Positions 16,456 to 25,952 of a DNA stretch of 30,722 bases are shown piece after piece; positions within the stretch are counted from its first letter, which is position 1; each line of letters starts with the position of its first letter. The position numbers and the translations under genes were made by a program. Below the pieces are notes generated by a model. It was given only the letters and a program-made list of their open reading frames with translations, did no database searches and was not told the origin of the DNA. The stretch lies in UHGV virus genome UHGV-0024034. The stretch is one strand, 5' to 3'. Source of the DNA: a virus.

Positions 16456-16939
16456 TACTCACCAGAATATCGCCGCATTTCTGGACATGCTGGCCTATTC
16501 CGAAGGGACGGCGACGCATCCGCTGACGAAAAATCGTGGTTACGACGTCATTGTCACTGGCCTTGATGGCAAGCCGGAAATTTTCACCGACTACACCGAC
16601 CACCCTTTCGCACATGGCAGACCAGCGAAAGTGTTTAATCGACGCGGCGAAAAATCCACGGCATCAGGGCGTTACCAACAGCTTTATCTCTACTGGCCGC
16701 ATTATCAGAAACAACTCGCATTGCCTGATTTCAGCCCGTTGTCGCAGGACAAACTTGCGATTCAGTTAATCCGCGAACGCGGTGCCATTGAGGATATTAA
16801 GGCGGGGCGTATTGAGCGGGCAATTTCACGGTGCCGCAATATCTGGGCGTCGTTACCGGGTGCCGGTTACGGCCAACGTGAGCACAGCCTCGACAAACTG
16901 GTCACCGTATGGCGCACCGCTGGCGGGGTAATGGAATGA
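16442..16939 (+). CDS. K: Endolysin gpK
   Basis: 165 aa from MPVINTHQNIAAFLDMLAYSEGTA..., near-identical to P2 gpK as I recall it; GGGGGA RBS; the ORF-track start at 16211 is an overextension. Confidence 0.9.
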   Translation: MPVINTHQNIAAFLDMLAYSEGTATHPLTKNRGYDVIVTGLDGKPEIFTDYTDHPFAHGRPAKVFNRRGEKSTASGRYQQLYLYWPHYQKQLALPDFSPLSQDKLAIQLIRERGAIEDIKAGRIERAISRCRNIWASLPGAGYGQREHSLDKLVTVWRTAGGVME

Positions 16940-17349
16940 AAATCCTGATTACACTTCTGGTGCTGACTGTGCTCGGGATGTTGTGGTTGCGCCATGAGAA
17001 CGGCAATTTATCCCGCTCCTTTGAGACAGCAAACCGCGTCGCGAGCGAACAAAAGACGACGATTGGCATGCTGAAAAATCAGCTCAGTGTTGCCGGTCAG
17101 CTTGCCAGACGTAATGAATCTGCGCAGGTGGCACTGCGTGAACAGCTCGCAAAGGCCAGCGAGGAAGCCAGCCGCCGCGAGCAATCAATAACGAGGTTAC
17201 TTAATGAAAATGAAGCCTTTCGCCGCTGGTATAACGCTGCTTTACCTGATGTTGTGCGTCGGTTGCACATCCGCACCGCCTGCGCCAGCGCCGGTGATTG
17301 TGGTCAACGGATGCCCGAGAGTGAGCCTTTGCCCGATGCCGGGAAGTGA
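16936..17349 (+). CDS. lysB: LysB (Rz-like inner-membrane spanin)
   Basis: 137 aa with an N-terminal transmembrane helix and coiled-coil-like remainder; its start overlaps the K stop. Confidence 0.8.
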   Translation: MKILITLLVLTVLGMLWLRHENGNLSRSFETANRVASEQKTTIGMLKNQLSVAGQLARRNESAQVALREQLAKASEEASRREQSITRLLNENEAFRRWYNAALPDVVRRLHIRTACASAGDCGQRMPESEPLPDAGK

Positions 17350-17494
17350 CCCGAAAACCAATGGTGACCTGAGCGCAGATATCCGCCGCCTTGAGGGTGC
17401 GCTGATCGCCTGCGCGCTACAGGTCAAAACCGTCAAACACTGTCAGGATGAACTCGATGCAGAAGCACAAAAGCCTGCGCAAAGCGCTGATTAA
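17204..17494 (+). CDS. lysC: LysC (Rz1-like outer-membrane lipoprotein spanin), embedded in a different frame of lysB
   Basis: 96 aa with signal peptide and lipobox-like LCVGC, Pro-rich; arrangement as in P2 lysB/lysC. Confidence 0.65.
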   Translation: MKMKPFAAGITLLYLMLCVGCTSAPPAPAPVIVVNGCPRVSLCPMPGSDPKTNGDLSADIRRLEGALIACALQVKTVKHCQDELDAEAQKPAQSAD

Positions 17495-17924
17495 CGCCGT
17501 GCCGCAGCTCCGAAACAACCCCGATATGCTGCGCCTTTTTGCCGACAACGGCCATACCGATTCCAGACTGGCGAGCTCGCTGTCGTTTGAAAAGGTGTAC
17601 GTGCTTAACGTGGTGGTGACCGACTTCACCGGTGACCTTGATTTGATATTCGTGCCGGTGCAGGCGTGGCTGCGTGAACATCAGCCGGACATTATGACCA
17701 CCGACGACGGGCGGGAAAAAGGATTCACCTGGATTATTGATATCAATAACGACGATTCGCTCGATATCAGTATCAGCCTGAGGCTCACCGAGCGCACGCT
17801 CGTCAAAGAGGTCGACGGCGCGCTGCATGTCAGCTATGCCCCTGAGCCGCCGCTGCCTGAGCCGGTGACGCGCCCGGTCGAGCTGTACGTTAATGGCGAA
17901 CTGGTGAGTAAGTGGGATGAGTGA
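17457..17924 (+). CDS. R: Tail completion protein gpR
   Basis: 155 aa from MQKHKSLRKAL...; blocks shared with P2 gpR (NPDMLR, LSFEK, VTDFTGD, PEPVTRP, LYVNGELVSKWDE). Confidence 0.85.
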   Translation: MQKHKSLRKALINAVPQLRNNPDMLRLFADNGHTDSRLASSLSFEKVYVLNVVVTDFTGDLDLIFVPVQAWLREHQPDIMTTDDGREKGFTWIIDINNDDSLDISISLRLTERTLVKEVDGALHVSYAPEPPLPEPVTRPVELYVNGELVSKWDE

Positions 17925-18366
17925 GTTAACCGCACTGCAGGAACGCCTTGCCGGTCTGATTGCCAGCCTGTCACCGGCGGCGCGTCGGCAAATGGCGGCT
18001 GAGATTGCGAAAAGGCTGCGTACCAGTCAGCAACAGCGTATCAAGCGCCAGCAGGCACCAGACGGCACCCCGTATGCGGCACGAAAGCGCCAGCCGGTGA
18101 GGAGCAAGAAAGGTCGGATTAAACATGAAATGTTCGCCAAACTGCGCACCAGTCGCTTTATGAAAGCCAAAGGCAGCGACAGTGCGGCGGTGGTGGAGTT
18201 TACCGGCAAGGTGCAGCGCATGGCGCGGGTGCATCAGTACGGGCTCAAAGACAGACCAAACCGCAACAGCCGGGATGTGCAGTACGAGGCGCGCCCGTTA
18301 CTCGGTTTCACCCGCGACGATGAGCAGATGATTGAAGACGTCATTATCAGGCATCTCGGCAAATAA
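17917..18366 (+). CDS. S: Tail completion protein gpS
   Basis: 149 aa; size and position of P2 gpS. Confidence 0.85.
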   Translation: MSELTALQERLAGLIASLSPAARRQMAAEIAKRLRTSQQQRIKRQQAPDGTPYAARKRQPVRSKKGRIKHEMFAKLRTSRFMKAKGSDSAAVVEFTGKVQRMARVHQYGLKDRPNRNSRDVQYEARPLLGFTRDDEQMIEDVIIRHLGK

Positions 18367-18434
18367 ATATTGTGTGAACCACCACCGGAGCCGCGCGAAT
18401 TGGCGCGACTCCAGACCAGAGGCATCCTTGCACT

Positions 18435-19070
18435 ATGAATACGTTATACACGATACAGGAGCTCGCGCGTGCGATTCGCAACCTCATCCGCTCAGGTGTG
18501 GTGACTGAGGTTGATACCGTGCAGGGGCTGTGCCGCGTACAAAGCGGCGGGATCCAGACTACATGGCTGAACTGGCTGACCACCCGCGCCGGTCGTTCGC
18601 GGACGTGGTGGGCTCCCTCGGTCGGTGAGCAGGTTCTGCTGCTGGCAATCGGTGGCGAGCTTGATACCGCTTTCGTGCTGCCTGGAATTTTCTCCGACGA
18701 TAACCCCGCCCCCTCTGCCTCGGCGGATGCGTGGCATGTGGTTTTCCCTGATGGTGCGGTCATTGAGTACGAGCCCGAGACCGGCGCGCTGACGGTCAGC
18801 GGTATCAAAACTGCCGACGTGACGGCATCGGAGTCCATCACTGCAACCGTACCGCTGGTACTGGTGAAAGCCTCGACCAGTATCACCCTCGACACCCCGG
18901 AGGTAATTTGCACCAATAAGCTGACGACAGCGACGCTTGAGGTACAAAAAGGCGGCAAGATGAGCGGCAATATCGAACATACCGGCGGGTCACTGTCGTC
19001 TAATGGCAAGGTACTCCACACCCATAAACACCCGGGGGACAGCGGCGGGCAAACGGGGACACCGTTATGA
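18435..19070 (+). CDS. V: Baseplate spike protein gpV
   Basis: 211 aa, same length as P2 gpV. Confidence 0.85.
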   Translation: MNTLYTIQELARAIRNLIRSGVVTEVDTVQGLCRVQSGGIQTTWLNWLTTRAGRSRTWWAPSVGEQVLLLAIGGELDTAFVLPGIFSDDNPAPSASADAWHVVFPDGAVIEYEPETGALTVSGIKTADVTASESITATVPLVLVKASTSITLDTPEVICTNKLTTATLEVQKGGKMSGNIEHTGGSLSSNGKVLHTHKHPGDSGGQTGTPL

Positions 19071-19414
19071 CGGCGCGCTATCAGGGTATGAACCGAAATA
19101 CCGGCCTCGGCATCAGCGATACCGAGCATATCAGCCAGAGCATGCGCGATATTCTGCTGACGCCGGTCGGTTCGCGGGTAATGCGTCGAGAATATGGCTC
19201 GCTTCTGTCGGCGCTGATTGATATGCCGCAAAACCCGGCGCTCAGGCTGCAAATTATGGTGGCGTGCTATTCGGCTATCCAGAAGTGGGAGCCGCGCATC
19301 AGGCTTACCGCCATCAGCTTTGAGACCGGCGACGCTGGCGAAATGTATGTCGATATTACCGGGATGCGTACCGATACCGGTGCGTCAGTTTCAACCACTG
19401 TTTCACTGAGTTAA
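19067..19414 (+). CDS. W: Baseplate protein gpW
   Basis: 115 aa; position and size of P2 gpW. Confidence 0.85.
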   Translation: MTARYQGMNRNTGLGISDTEHISQSMRDILLTPVGSRVMRREYGSLLSALIDMPQNPALRLQIMVACYSAIQKWEPRIRLTAISFETGDAGEMYVDITGMRTDTGASVSTTVSLS

Positions 19415-19420
19415 ATCACT

Positions 19421-20329
19421 ATGGCAAACGTTGACCTGAGTCAGTTACCCGTTCCCGATGTGGTTGAGGAACTGGACTATGAAACCATCCTTGCGGAACG
19501 CAAAGCGATACTGATTTCGCTCTATCCCGAAGACCAGCAGGAGGCCATTGCCCGGACGCTCGCACTTGAGTCAGAGCCGATTGTTAAGCTGCTGCAGGAA
19601 AACGCCTACCGTGAAATTATCTGGCGTCAGCGGGTGAACGAAGCCGCGCAGGCGGTAACGCTGGCCTATTCTGCCGGTAACGACCTCGACGTCGTGGCCG
19701 GGAACAACAATACCGAGCGCCTGACCATCACCCCGGCGGATGACACTACCATCCCGCCGACGCCTGCCGTTATGGAATCAGATACTGACCTGCGACTGCG
19801 CACGCAACAAGCGTTTGAGGGCTTGAGTGTGGCGGGGCCGGTCGGAGCATATGAGTATCATGGTCGCAGTGCCGACGGGCGGGTCGCTGACGTTTCGGTC
19901 GCCAGTCCGTCGCCAGCCTGCGTGACGATTACTGTGCTATCACGTGAGGGCAACGGCACCGCCAGCCCTGATTTACTGGCGATTGTTGATAAAGCGCTGA
20001 ATGCCGAAGATGTGCGCCCGGTGGCTGACCGGGTGACCGTCCAGTCAGCCGAGATTGTGCCGTACCAAATTGACGCGACGCTCTACGTTTACCCCGGCCC
20101 CGAGTCTGAGCCCATCAGGCAGGCATCAGAACAAAAGCTGCAGAGTTACATCAGCGCGCAGCACCGCCTCGGGCGTGATATCCGTCTGTCGGCCATTTAC
20201 GCGGCGCTGCATGTTGAGGGGGTGCAGCGTGTCGAACTGGCATCACCGCAGGCCGACATTGTGCTGAGTAAGTCGCAGGCGTCGAATTGTACTGAGTACC
20301 AGATAACTATCGGGGGCTCGGATGAGTGA
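19421..20329 (+). CDS. J: Baseplate protein gpJ
   Basis: 302 aa, same length as P2 gpJ. Confidence 0.85.
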   Translation: MANVDLSQLPVPDVVEELDYETILAERKAILISLYPEDQQEAIARTLALESEPIVKLLQENAYREIIWRQRVNEAAQAVTLAYSAGNDLDVVAGNNNTERLTITPADDTTIPPTPAVMESDTDLRLRTQQAFEGLSVAGPVGAYEYHGRSADGRVADVSVASPSPACVTITVLSREGNGTASPDLLAIVDKALNAEDVRPVADRVTVQSAEIVPYQIDATLYVYPGPESEPIRQASEQKLQSYISAQHRLGRDIRLSAIYAALHVEGVQRVELASPQADIVLSKSQASNCTEYQITIGGSDE

Positions 20330-20930
20330 CCGGCTATTACCCGTTGGCTCGTCGCCGCTGGAGGTTGCCGCCGCCGCTGCGTTCTCTGAGATTCAGCGCG
20401 TGCCGGTACCGCTGCGCACCCTGTGGAACTGGCGCACCTGCCCGGTAAAGCTGCTGCCGTATCTGGCGTGGGCGCTGTCGGTCGACAGGTGGGATGAGAA
20501 ATGGCCGGAGGCGACAAAGCGCAACGTCTGCGCGTCCTCGTTTTTCGTCCATCAGCACAAAGGCACCATCAGCGCATTGCGTCGGGTCGTCGAGCCGCTC
20601 GGCTTTCTGATTGAGGTGCGCGAGTGGTGGCAACTCGACGAGGAGCCAGGCACATTCCGCCTCGTTGTTGGCGTCCTCGACAGCGGCATCACTGACGAAA
20701 TGTATCAGGAGCTTGAGCGCCTGATTGAAGACGCCAAACCGGCAAGTCGCCACCTGACCGGGCTGGCTATCAGTCTGAGCTCGACCGGCGAACTGTATGT
20801 CGGCGCGGGATGCTATCACGGCGACGCGCTGACTGTTTACCCCTACACCCCCGAGGAGATTGTCGTCGGCGGTGAATATTACCCGGCCTCGGCCATCCAT
20901 TTGATTGATAACCTGAGAGTGAACGCATGA
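20322..20930 (+). CDS. I: Baseplate/tail formation protein gpI
   Basis: 202 aa; position of P2 gpI. Confidence 0.8.
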   Translation: MSDRLLPVGSSPLEVAAAAAFSEIQRVPVPLRTLWNWRTCPVKLLPYLAWALSVDRWDEKWPEATKRNVCASSFFVHQHKGTISALRRVVEPLGFLIEVREWWQLDEEPGTFRLVVGVLDSGITDEMYQELERLIEDAKPASRHLTGLAISLSSTGELYVGAGCYHGDALTVYPYTPEEIVVGGEYYPASAIHLIDNLRVNA

Positions 20931-21886
20931 CCGCAAAATATTTTGCCATTCTGACCAATCAGGGCGCGGCGCGGCTGGCGAACGCGGCGGCACTCGGTAC
21001 CAAACTCAACCTGACGCAGATGGCCGTCGGTGATGCGAATGGTACGTTGCCGACCCCTGACCCGGCGCAGACGAAGCTCATTAACCAGAAACGCATCGCG
21101 CCGCTGAACCTGCTGACCGTTGACCCGGCCAATACCAGTCAGATTATCGCGGAACAGATTATTCCCGAGAATGAAGGTGGTTTCTGGATCCGCGAGATTG
21201 GTCTCTATGACGATGATGGTATTCTGATTGCCGTGGCGAACTGTCCGGAGACCTACAAGCCACAACTGCAGGAGGGAAGCGGTCGCACGCAGACCATTCG
21301 CATGATTCTGGTTGTGTCGAGCACATCGGCAATCACCCTGAAAATCGACCCGGCAGTCGTGCTGGCAACGCGCCAGTATGTCGACGACAAGATTATCGAG
21401 GTGAAAGGATATGCTGATGACCTGATGAAAAAACATGTTGAGGCCGCCAATCCACACAAGCAGTACCCGTTAATCGCTAATGCTCTGAAAGAAATGGTTG
21501 ACGCGGGACTGGCCGGCGACGTTCTTAAAAACCTTGGTTTGGGAGAAGCGGCTAAAAGGAATGTAGGGACAGGGGCGAATCAGATACCTGATATGGGTAG
21601 CTTCACGCTTTCTGTTTCAGGTACTGGATATCAAAAATTACCATCTGGTTTTATTCTTCAGTGGGGCTCAATCGGCGCTCCAGGCATTGCACAGGATGTG
21701 GTAACCCATTTCCCGATTGCATTTCCGAACAGATGTCTGCGTGTTTTGGTCTCACAAGACTACACACCAGATAGCGGGGCTGTTGGTTATATTGCCTGTG
21801 CAGGTTTTAGTCCCGACCCGGTTAAATTTATATCCAGAGCCAGTACTCCAGGTCTCGGCGCTTCATTTTTAGCGTTAGGCTGTTAA
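20927..21886 (+). CDS. H: Tail fibre protein gpH (conserved N-terminal domain plus variable C-terminal receptor-binding part)
   Basis: 319 aa; N-terminus [20 protein letters not shown]... is the conserved P2 H-type N-terminal domain; the C-terminal third is AT-richer; contains the hix-like crossover site. Confidence 0.85.
   Translation: MTAKYFAILTNQGAARLANAAALGTKLNLTQMAVGDANGTLPTPDPAQTKLINQKRIAPLNLLTVDPANTSQIIAEQIIPENEGGFWIREIGLYDDDGILIAVANCPETYKPQLQEGSGRTQTIRMILVVSSTSAITLKIDPAVVLATRQYVDDKIIEVKGYADDLMKKHVEAANPHKQYPLIANALKEMVDAGLAGDVLKNLGLGEAAKRNVGTGANQIPDMGSFTLSVSGTGYQKLPSGFILQWGSIGAPGIAQDVVTHFPIAFPNRCLRVLVSQDYTPDSGAVGYIACAGFSPDPVKFISRASTPGLGASFLALGC
21522..21547 (+). promoter_or_regulatory. 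Invertase crossover site, left (hix/gix-like) TTCTTAAAAACC-TT-GGTTTGGGAGAA
   Basis: 26-bp site resembling my memory of hixL (TTCTTGAAAACCAAGGTTTTTGATAA); the inner half plus core is repeated in inverted orientation at 23418..23432. Confidence 0.65.
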
Positions 21887-21907
21887 TTTAGCTATATGGA
21901 ATGAGAA

Positions 21908-22348
21908 ATGAATTATATATATTCCGCGACTACAAACTCTTTCTATCCGTTAGAGATGAAAGAGGATTACACTCAAGCTGACTCATGGCCAGATGATGCT
22001 GTTGAAGTTGACGAGCAGGTGTATATTGAGTTTTCCGGATTACCGCCGAAAGGAAAAATCCGTATCGCTGGAGAAAATGGTTTTCCTGCATGGTCTGAAA
22101 TTCCACCACCAACACATGAGGAACAGATTGCTGCAGCCGAACTGGAAAAGCAGCAATTGATTAATCAGGCCAACGATTATATGAACAGTAAACAATGGCC
22201 TGGTAAAGCGGCTATTGGTCGTCTGAAAGGTGAGGAACTGGCGCAATATAATTTGTGGCTGGATTATCTGGACGCACTGGAACTGGTCGATACTTCCGGT
22301 GCGCCAGATATTGAATGGCCTACGCCTCCGGCAGTTCAGGCCAGATGA
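21908..22348 (+). CDS. G: Tail fibre assembly chaperone gpG (Tfa)
   Basis: 146 aa; sits where the fibre assembly chaperone lies in P2; C-terminus ...WPTPPAVQA resembles that of the inverted partner. Confidence 0.8.
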   Translation: MNYIYSATTNSFYPLEMKEDYTQADSWPDDAVEVDEQVYIEFSGLPPKGKIRIAGENGFPAWSEIPPPTHEEQIAAAELEKQQLINQANDYMNSKQWPGKAAIGRLKGEELAQYNLWLDYLDALELVDTSGAPDIEWPTPPAVQAR

Positions 22349-22922
22349 CATCCGGCGCGGTGCTGGTATCTGTTGCCGTCACCGCGTCAATGTAATCCAG
22401 CACAGCGTTAAGGCGGGTTGTTTCTGCCTGCGTCAGTTTACGTCCGGCCTGCAATTTCAGCTGAATCAGACTGATGGAGGCCATTGCAGTATCAATCAGC
22501 GACTGGCGCTGTGCTTCTGCTGCATCTACTGCTGCGCCGTGCTGTGCCTCGGTATCCGTCACCCATTTCTCACCATCCCATTTATCGTATGGCGTTAACG
22601 GGGCGATAGTGGTTGTATTTTCAGGGTAATCACCCGGAGCTGTGATTTCTTTTGATTCTCCTGTTTCAGTGCTATATACCGTTTCACCACGGTGGTCTGG
22701 CACATATACCCATGAGTTAAAATCTGCAGAACGGCAGATTGCATAACCAGCTTTATATGAGTCAGGAGCATCTAAACAGGAGCATGCCGGAATGCCGACA
22801 CCCACAGCAAGATATTCAGTTGATGTGAAAATATATTCCCGTGTTTCACCATCATAGTTATAAACAGTAATATTTCCTGCTTGGGTGGCGATAAATTCGT
22901 TATTTAATACGGCGTAATCCAT
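22320..22922 (-). CDS. Alternative tail fibre assembly chaperone (Tfa'), inverted orientation
   Basis: 200 aa; C-terminus ...DVIWPELPEA; overlaps G tail-to-tail by 29 bp, as U/U' do in the Mu G segment. Confidence 0.75.
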   Translation of the reverse strand: MDYAVLNNEFIATQAGNITVYNYDGETREYIFTSTEYLAVGVGIPACSCLDAPDSYKAGYAICRSADFNSWVYVPDHRGETVYSTETGESKEITAPGDYPENTTTIAPLTPYDKWDGEKWVTDTEAQHGAAVDAAEAQRQSLIDTAMASISLIQLKLQAGRKLTQAETTRLNAVLDYIDAVTATDTSTAPDVIWPELPEA

Positions 22923-23430
22923 TATGCAGCCCTCACGATATACGCAAATGCCAGGTTCCGTGGTCTGGTTTCTTTAATTAAAGAGGAGGCATCAGGTGAA
23001 CTCACTGATTCAGCACCATTTCTTCCACCAGTGGTATAAGTAAAAACTCTTTCACTGTTAGACCAGTAATCCACACCAACTGTTTTTGCTGATGAAAAAA
23101 TGGTTTCATCAGATATAACCTGTTCTATTCCATACGGGATATTAGTAACTGACCCCACTTTTGTAGGTATTCCATGATTATGAGAAATTACTGCATGCTC
23201 TTGATTCGTTAATAAAGTACGACCGCTATCCACTCCACGCCCGTCATCCCAGCCACGAATAAACTCACCACGTAAATCAGGCAATTTATTTGTCGGATAA
23301 GCCTTTGCCAGTTCCGGGTATTCTTCAGCAGAAAAAGCGGCACCGTTGCATTTCAGCCAGCCTGTTGGCGGAGTGGCGGAAGGCCACGGAACAGGCACGC
23401 CAACGGGTAATGCCGAACCTTCTCCCAAAC
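22922..23430 (-). CDS. Alternative tail-fibre C-terminal cassette (Hv'), no promoter or start codon of its own
   Basis: Phage tail collar motif PTGWLKCNGAAFSAEEYPELAKAY...LPDLRGEFIRG; reading frame is continuous with the H constant region across the shared GGTTTGGGAGAAG repeat only after inversion. Confidence 0.75.
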
Positions 23431-23444
23431 CAACCTTTTAGAAA
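23419..23444 (+). promoter_or_regulatory. Invertase crossover site, right (hix-like) TTCTCCCAAACC-AA-CCTTTTAGAAAA
   Basis: Inner half-site is the exact reverse complement of the left site's inner half; outer half-site is degenerate. Confidence 0.6.
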
Positions 23445-23499
23445 ATGCAGATATTCCGTTCAGTTGGCATGATCCCGACTTTTTACCGGGTTATTTCTC

Positions 23500-23742
23500 A
23501 TGTTTATCGGTTATGTACGTGTATCAACAAATGACCAGAACACCGCATTACAGCGAAATGAACTGGAGTGCGCAGGATGCGAGCTGATTTTCGAAGATAA
23601 AATCAGCGGCAAAACATCAGACTGGCCGGGGCTAAAGAGGTTACTCAGAACCTTGTCAGAGGGCGATACGCTTGTGGTCTGGAAACTGGATCGCCTCGGG
23701 TATCTCAACGCTATACAAAAAATTTCCCGCATCCGTTGCTGA
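23500..23742 (+). pseudogene. Truncated serine DNA invertase (Hin/Gin/Pin/Cin family)
   Basis: MFIGYVRVSTNDQNTALQRN...VVWKLDRLG matches the invertase catalytic N-terminus through about residue 66, then diverges and stops at 80 aa; the C-terminal HTH domain is absent. Confidence 0.8.
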
Positions 23743-23840
23743 TGTCTCAATGTGTCAGACATCACCCAACACTGACAAATAGCCCCTCAACAGACCAGCC
23801 AGGACAATAACACTTGCCCACTAACCACGGAGTTAACCGG

Positions 23841-25019
23841 ATGAGTGATTTTCACCACGGCGTGCAGGTGCTTGAGATTAACGACGGCACCCGCGTCATT
23901 TCCACTGTTGCAACCGCAATCGTCGGCATGGTCTGTACAGCCAGCGATGCGGATGCGGCAACCTTTCCCCTCAACGAGCCGGTACTGATTACCAATGTGC
24001 AAAGCGCCATTGCGAAAGCCGGTAAAAAAGGCACGCTGGCCGCGTCCCTGCAGGCCATCGCCGACCAGTCAAAACCTGTCACAGTTGTCGTGCGTGTTGC
24101 CGAAGGTACCGGAGAAGACGCCGAAGCGCAGACCATTTCCAATATCATCGGCGGCACGGATGAGAGCGGTAAATATACCGGCATCAAGGCGCTGTTGACT
24201 GCCGAAGCAGTCACCGGCGTTAAGCCGCGCATTCTCGGCGTGCCGGGTCTCGATACCAAAGAGGTCGCAGTCGCACTTGCTTCGGTCTGTATCAGCCTGC
24301 GCGCCTTTGGCTATATCAGCGCATGGGGTTGTAAAACCATTTCCGAGGCGATGGCCTATCGCGAGAATTTCAGCCAGCGCGAGCTGATGGTCATCTGGCC
24401 TGATTTCCTTGCATGGGATACCACCACAAACGCCACCGCACCGGCATACGCAACTGCGCGCGCACTCGGCCTGCGTGCCTATATCGACCAGACCGTCGGC
24501 TGGCACAAAACCCTGTCTAACATCGGCGTGCAGGGTGTTACCGGCATCAGTGCGTCAGTGTTTTGGGATTTGCAGGCATCCGGCACCGATGCTGATCTGC
24601 TCAACGAGGCCGGGCTCACAACACTGGTGCGTAAGGATGGCTTCCGCTTTTGGGGTAACCGCACCTGCTCTGATGACCCGCTTTTCCTGTTTGAGAACTA
24701 CACCCGCACCGCGCAGGTGCTGGCCGACACGATGGCCGAGGCGCACATGTGGGCGGTCGATAAGCCCATCACCGCATCACTTATCCGTGACATTGTCGAC
24801 GGCATTAACGCCAAATTCCGCGAGCTGAAATCAAACGGCTACATCGTGGACGGTGAATGCTGGTTTGACGAGGAATCGAACGATAAGGAAACCCTCAAGG
24901 CAGGGAAACTGTATATCGACTACGACTATACACCGGTTCCACCACTGGAAAGCCTGACCCTGCGCCAGCGTATCACCGATAAATATCTGGTAAATCTGGC
25001 CGAATCGGTCAACAGCTAA
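23841..25019 (+). CDS. FI: Tail sheath protein FI
   Basis: 392 aa from MSDFHHGVQVLEINDGTRVIS...; near-collinear with P2 FI; the ORF-track start at 23814 is an overextension. Confidence 0.95.
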   Translation: MSDFHHGVQVLEINDGTRVISTVATAIVGMVCTASDADAATFPLNEPVLITNVQSAIAKAGKKGTLAASLQAIADQSKPVTVVVRVAEGTGEDAEAQTISNIIGGTDESGKYTGIKALLTAEAVTGVKPRILGVPGLDTKEVAVALASVCISLRAFGYISAWGCKTISEAMAYRENFSQRELMVIWPDFLAWDTTTNATAPAYATARALGLRAYIDQTVGWHKTLSNIGVQGVTGISASVFWDLQASGTDADLLNEAGLTTLVRKDGFRFWGNRTCSDDPLFLFENYTRTAQVLADTMAEAHMWAVDKPITASLIRDIVDGINAKFRELKSNGYIVDGECWFDEESNDKETLKAGKLYIDYDYTPVPPLESLTLRQRITDKYLVNLAESVNS

Positions 25020-25034
25020 GGAGCCTGAAACAAC

Positions 25035-25553
25035 ATGGCACTACCCCGCAAACTTAAATATCTGAACATGTTCAATGACGGCCTTAGCTACATGGGCGTT
25101 GTTGAATCCGTGACGCTGCCGAAGCTGACCCGCAAGCTCGAAAACTATCGCGGCGGCGGCATGAATGGCGCGGCGGCGATTGACCTTGGTCTCGACGATG
25201 ATGCGCTCACCGTCGAATGGTCTGTCGGTGGCCTGCCTGATGTGGCGCTGTGGGCGCAGTACGCCGCGCCGGGTGCTGACGCTGTGCCGTTGCGTTTTGC
25301 TGGCTCTTACCAACGTGACGACACTGGCGAAATCGTGGCGGTCGAGGTGGTCATGCGTGGCCGTCATAAAGAAATCGACGGCGGCGAGAATAAGCAGGGT
25401 GAAAACACCTCGACCAAACTGTCGACCGTATGCACCTATTACCGCCTCACGATTGATGGTAGCGACGTCATCGAAATCGATACCGTCAACATGGTTGAGA
25501 AGGTGAACGGCGTCGACCGTCTGGAACAGCACCGCCGCGCAATCGGGCTGTAA
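25035..25553 (+). CDS. FII: Tail tube protein FII
   Basis: 172 aa; position and sequence character of P2 FII. Confidence 0.9.
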   Translation: MALPRKLKYLNMFNDGLSYMGVVESVTLPKLTRKLENYRGGGMNGAAAIDLGLDDDALTVEWSVGGLPDVALWAQYAAPGADAVPLRFAGSYQRDDTGEIVAVEVVMRGRHKEIDGGENKQGENTSTKLSTVCTYYRLTIDGSDVIEIDTVNMVEKVNGVDRLEQHRRAIGL

Positions 25554-25616
25554 TTCCCTGACCGGTCAGCACTGCTGGCCGGTTATTAATCCCCATTCAG
25601 AGCAGAGAAAAACATC

Positions 25617-25952
25617 ATGGCAAAAGCACCACGTAAAACCGCTGAATTTGTTGATATGGCTGGCAATGAAATTGACACCGTAAACCCGAACGTCGTGACC
25701 CTCGACAAGCCGATTAAGCGCGCCGGTCAGACGATTGATAAAGTCACACTGATTGAGCCGAACGCCGGTACCCTGCGCGGTGTCAGTCTGGCAGCGGTGG
25801 CGCAGTCCGAAGTCGATGCGCTGATTAAGGTATTGCCACGCATGACCTACCCCGCGCTTACGGCGCAGGAGCTTACCGCAATGAACCTGCCCGATATGCT
25901 GTCGCTGGCCGCTAAGGTGATTGGTTTTTTGTCACCGGCTTCGGCGGAGTAG
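25617..25952 (+). CDS. E: Tail assembly chaperone gpE
   Basis: 111 aa; position as P2 gpE; slippery heptamer near its 3' end. Confidence 0.85.
   Translation: MAKAPRKTAEFVDMAGNEIDTVNPNVVTLDKPIKRAGQTIDKVTLIEPNAGTLRGVSLAAVAQSEVDALIKVLPRMTYPALTAQELTAMNLPDMLSLAAKVIGFLSPASAE

Noticed and set aside
18347-19252. 301-aa minus-strand ORF
   Set aside because: Antisense to gpV and gpW; no RBS and no recognisable motif.
20337-21457. Minus-strand ORFs of 218 and 192 aa (20337..20993, 20879..21457)
   Set aside because: Antisense to gpI and gpH; GC-rich artefacts.
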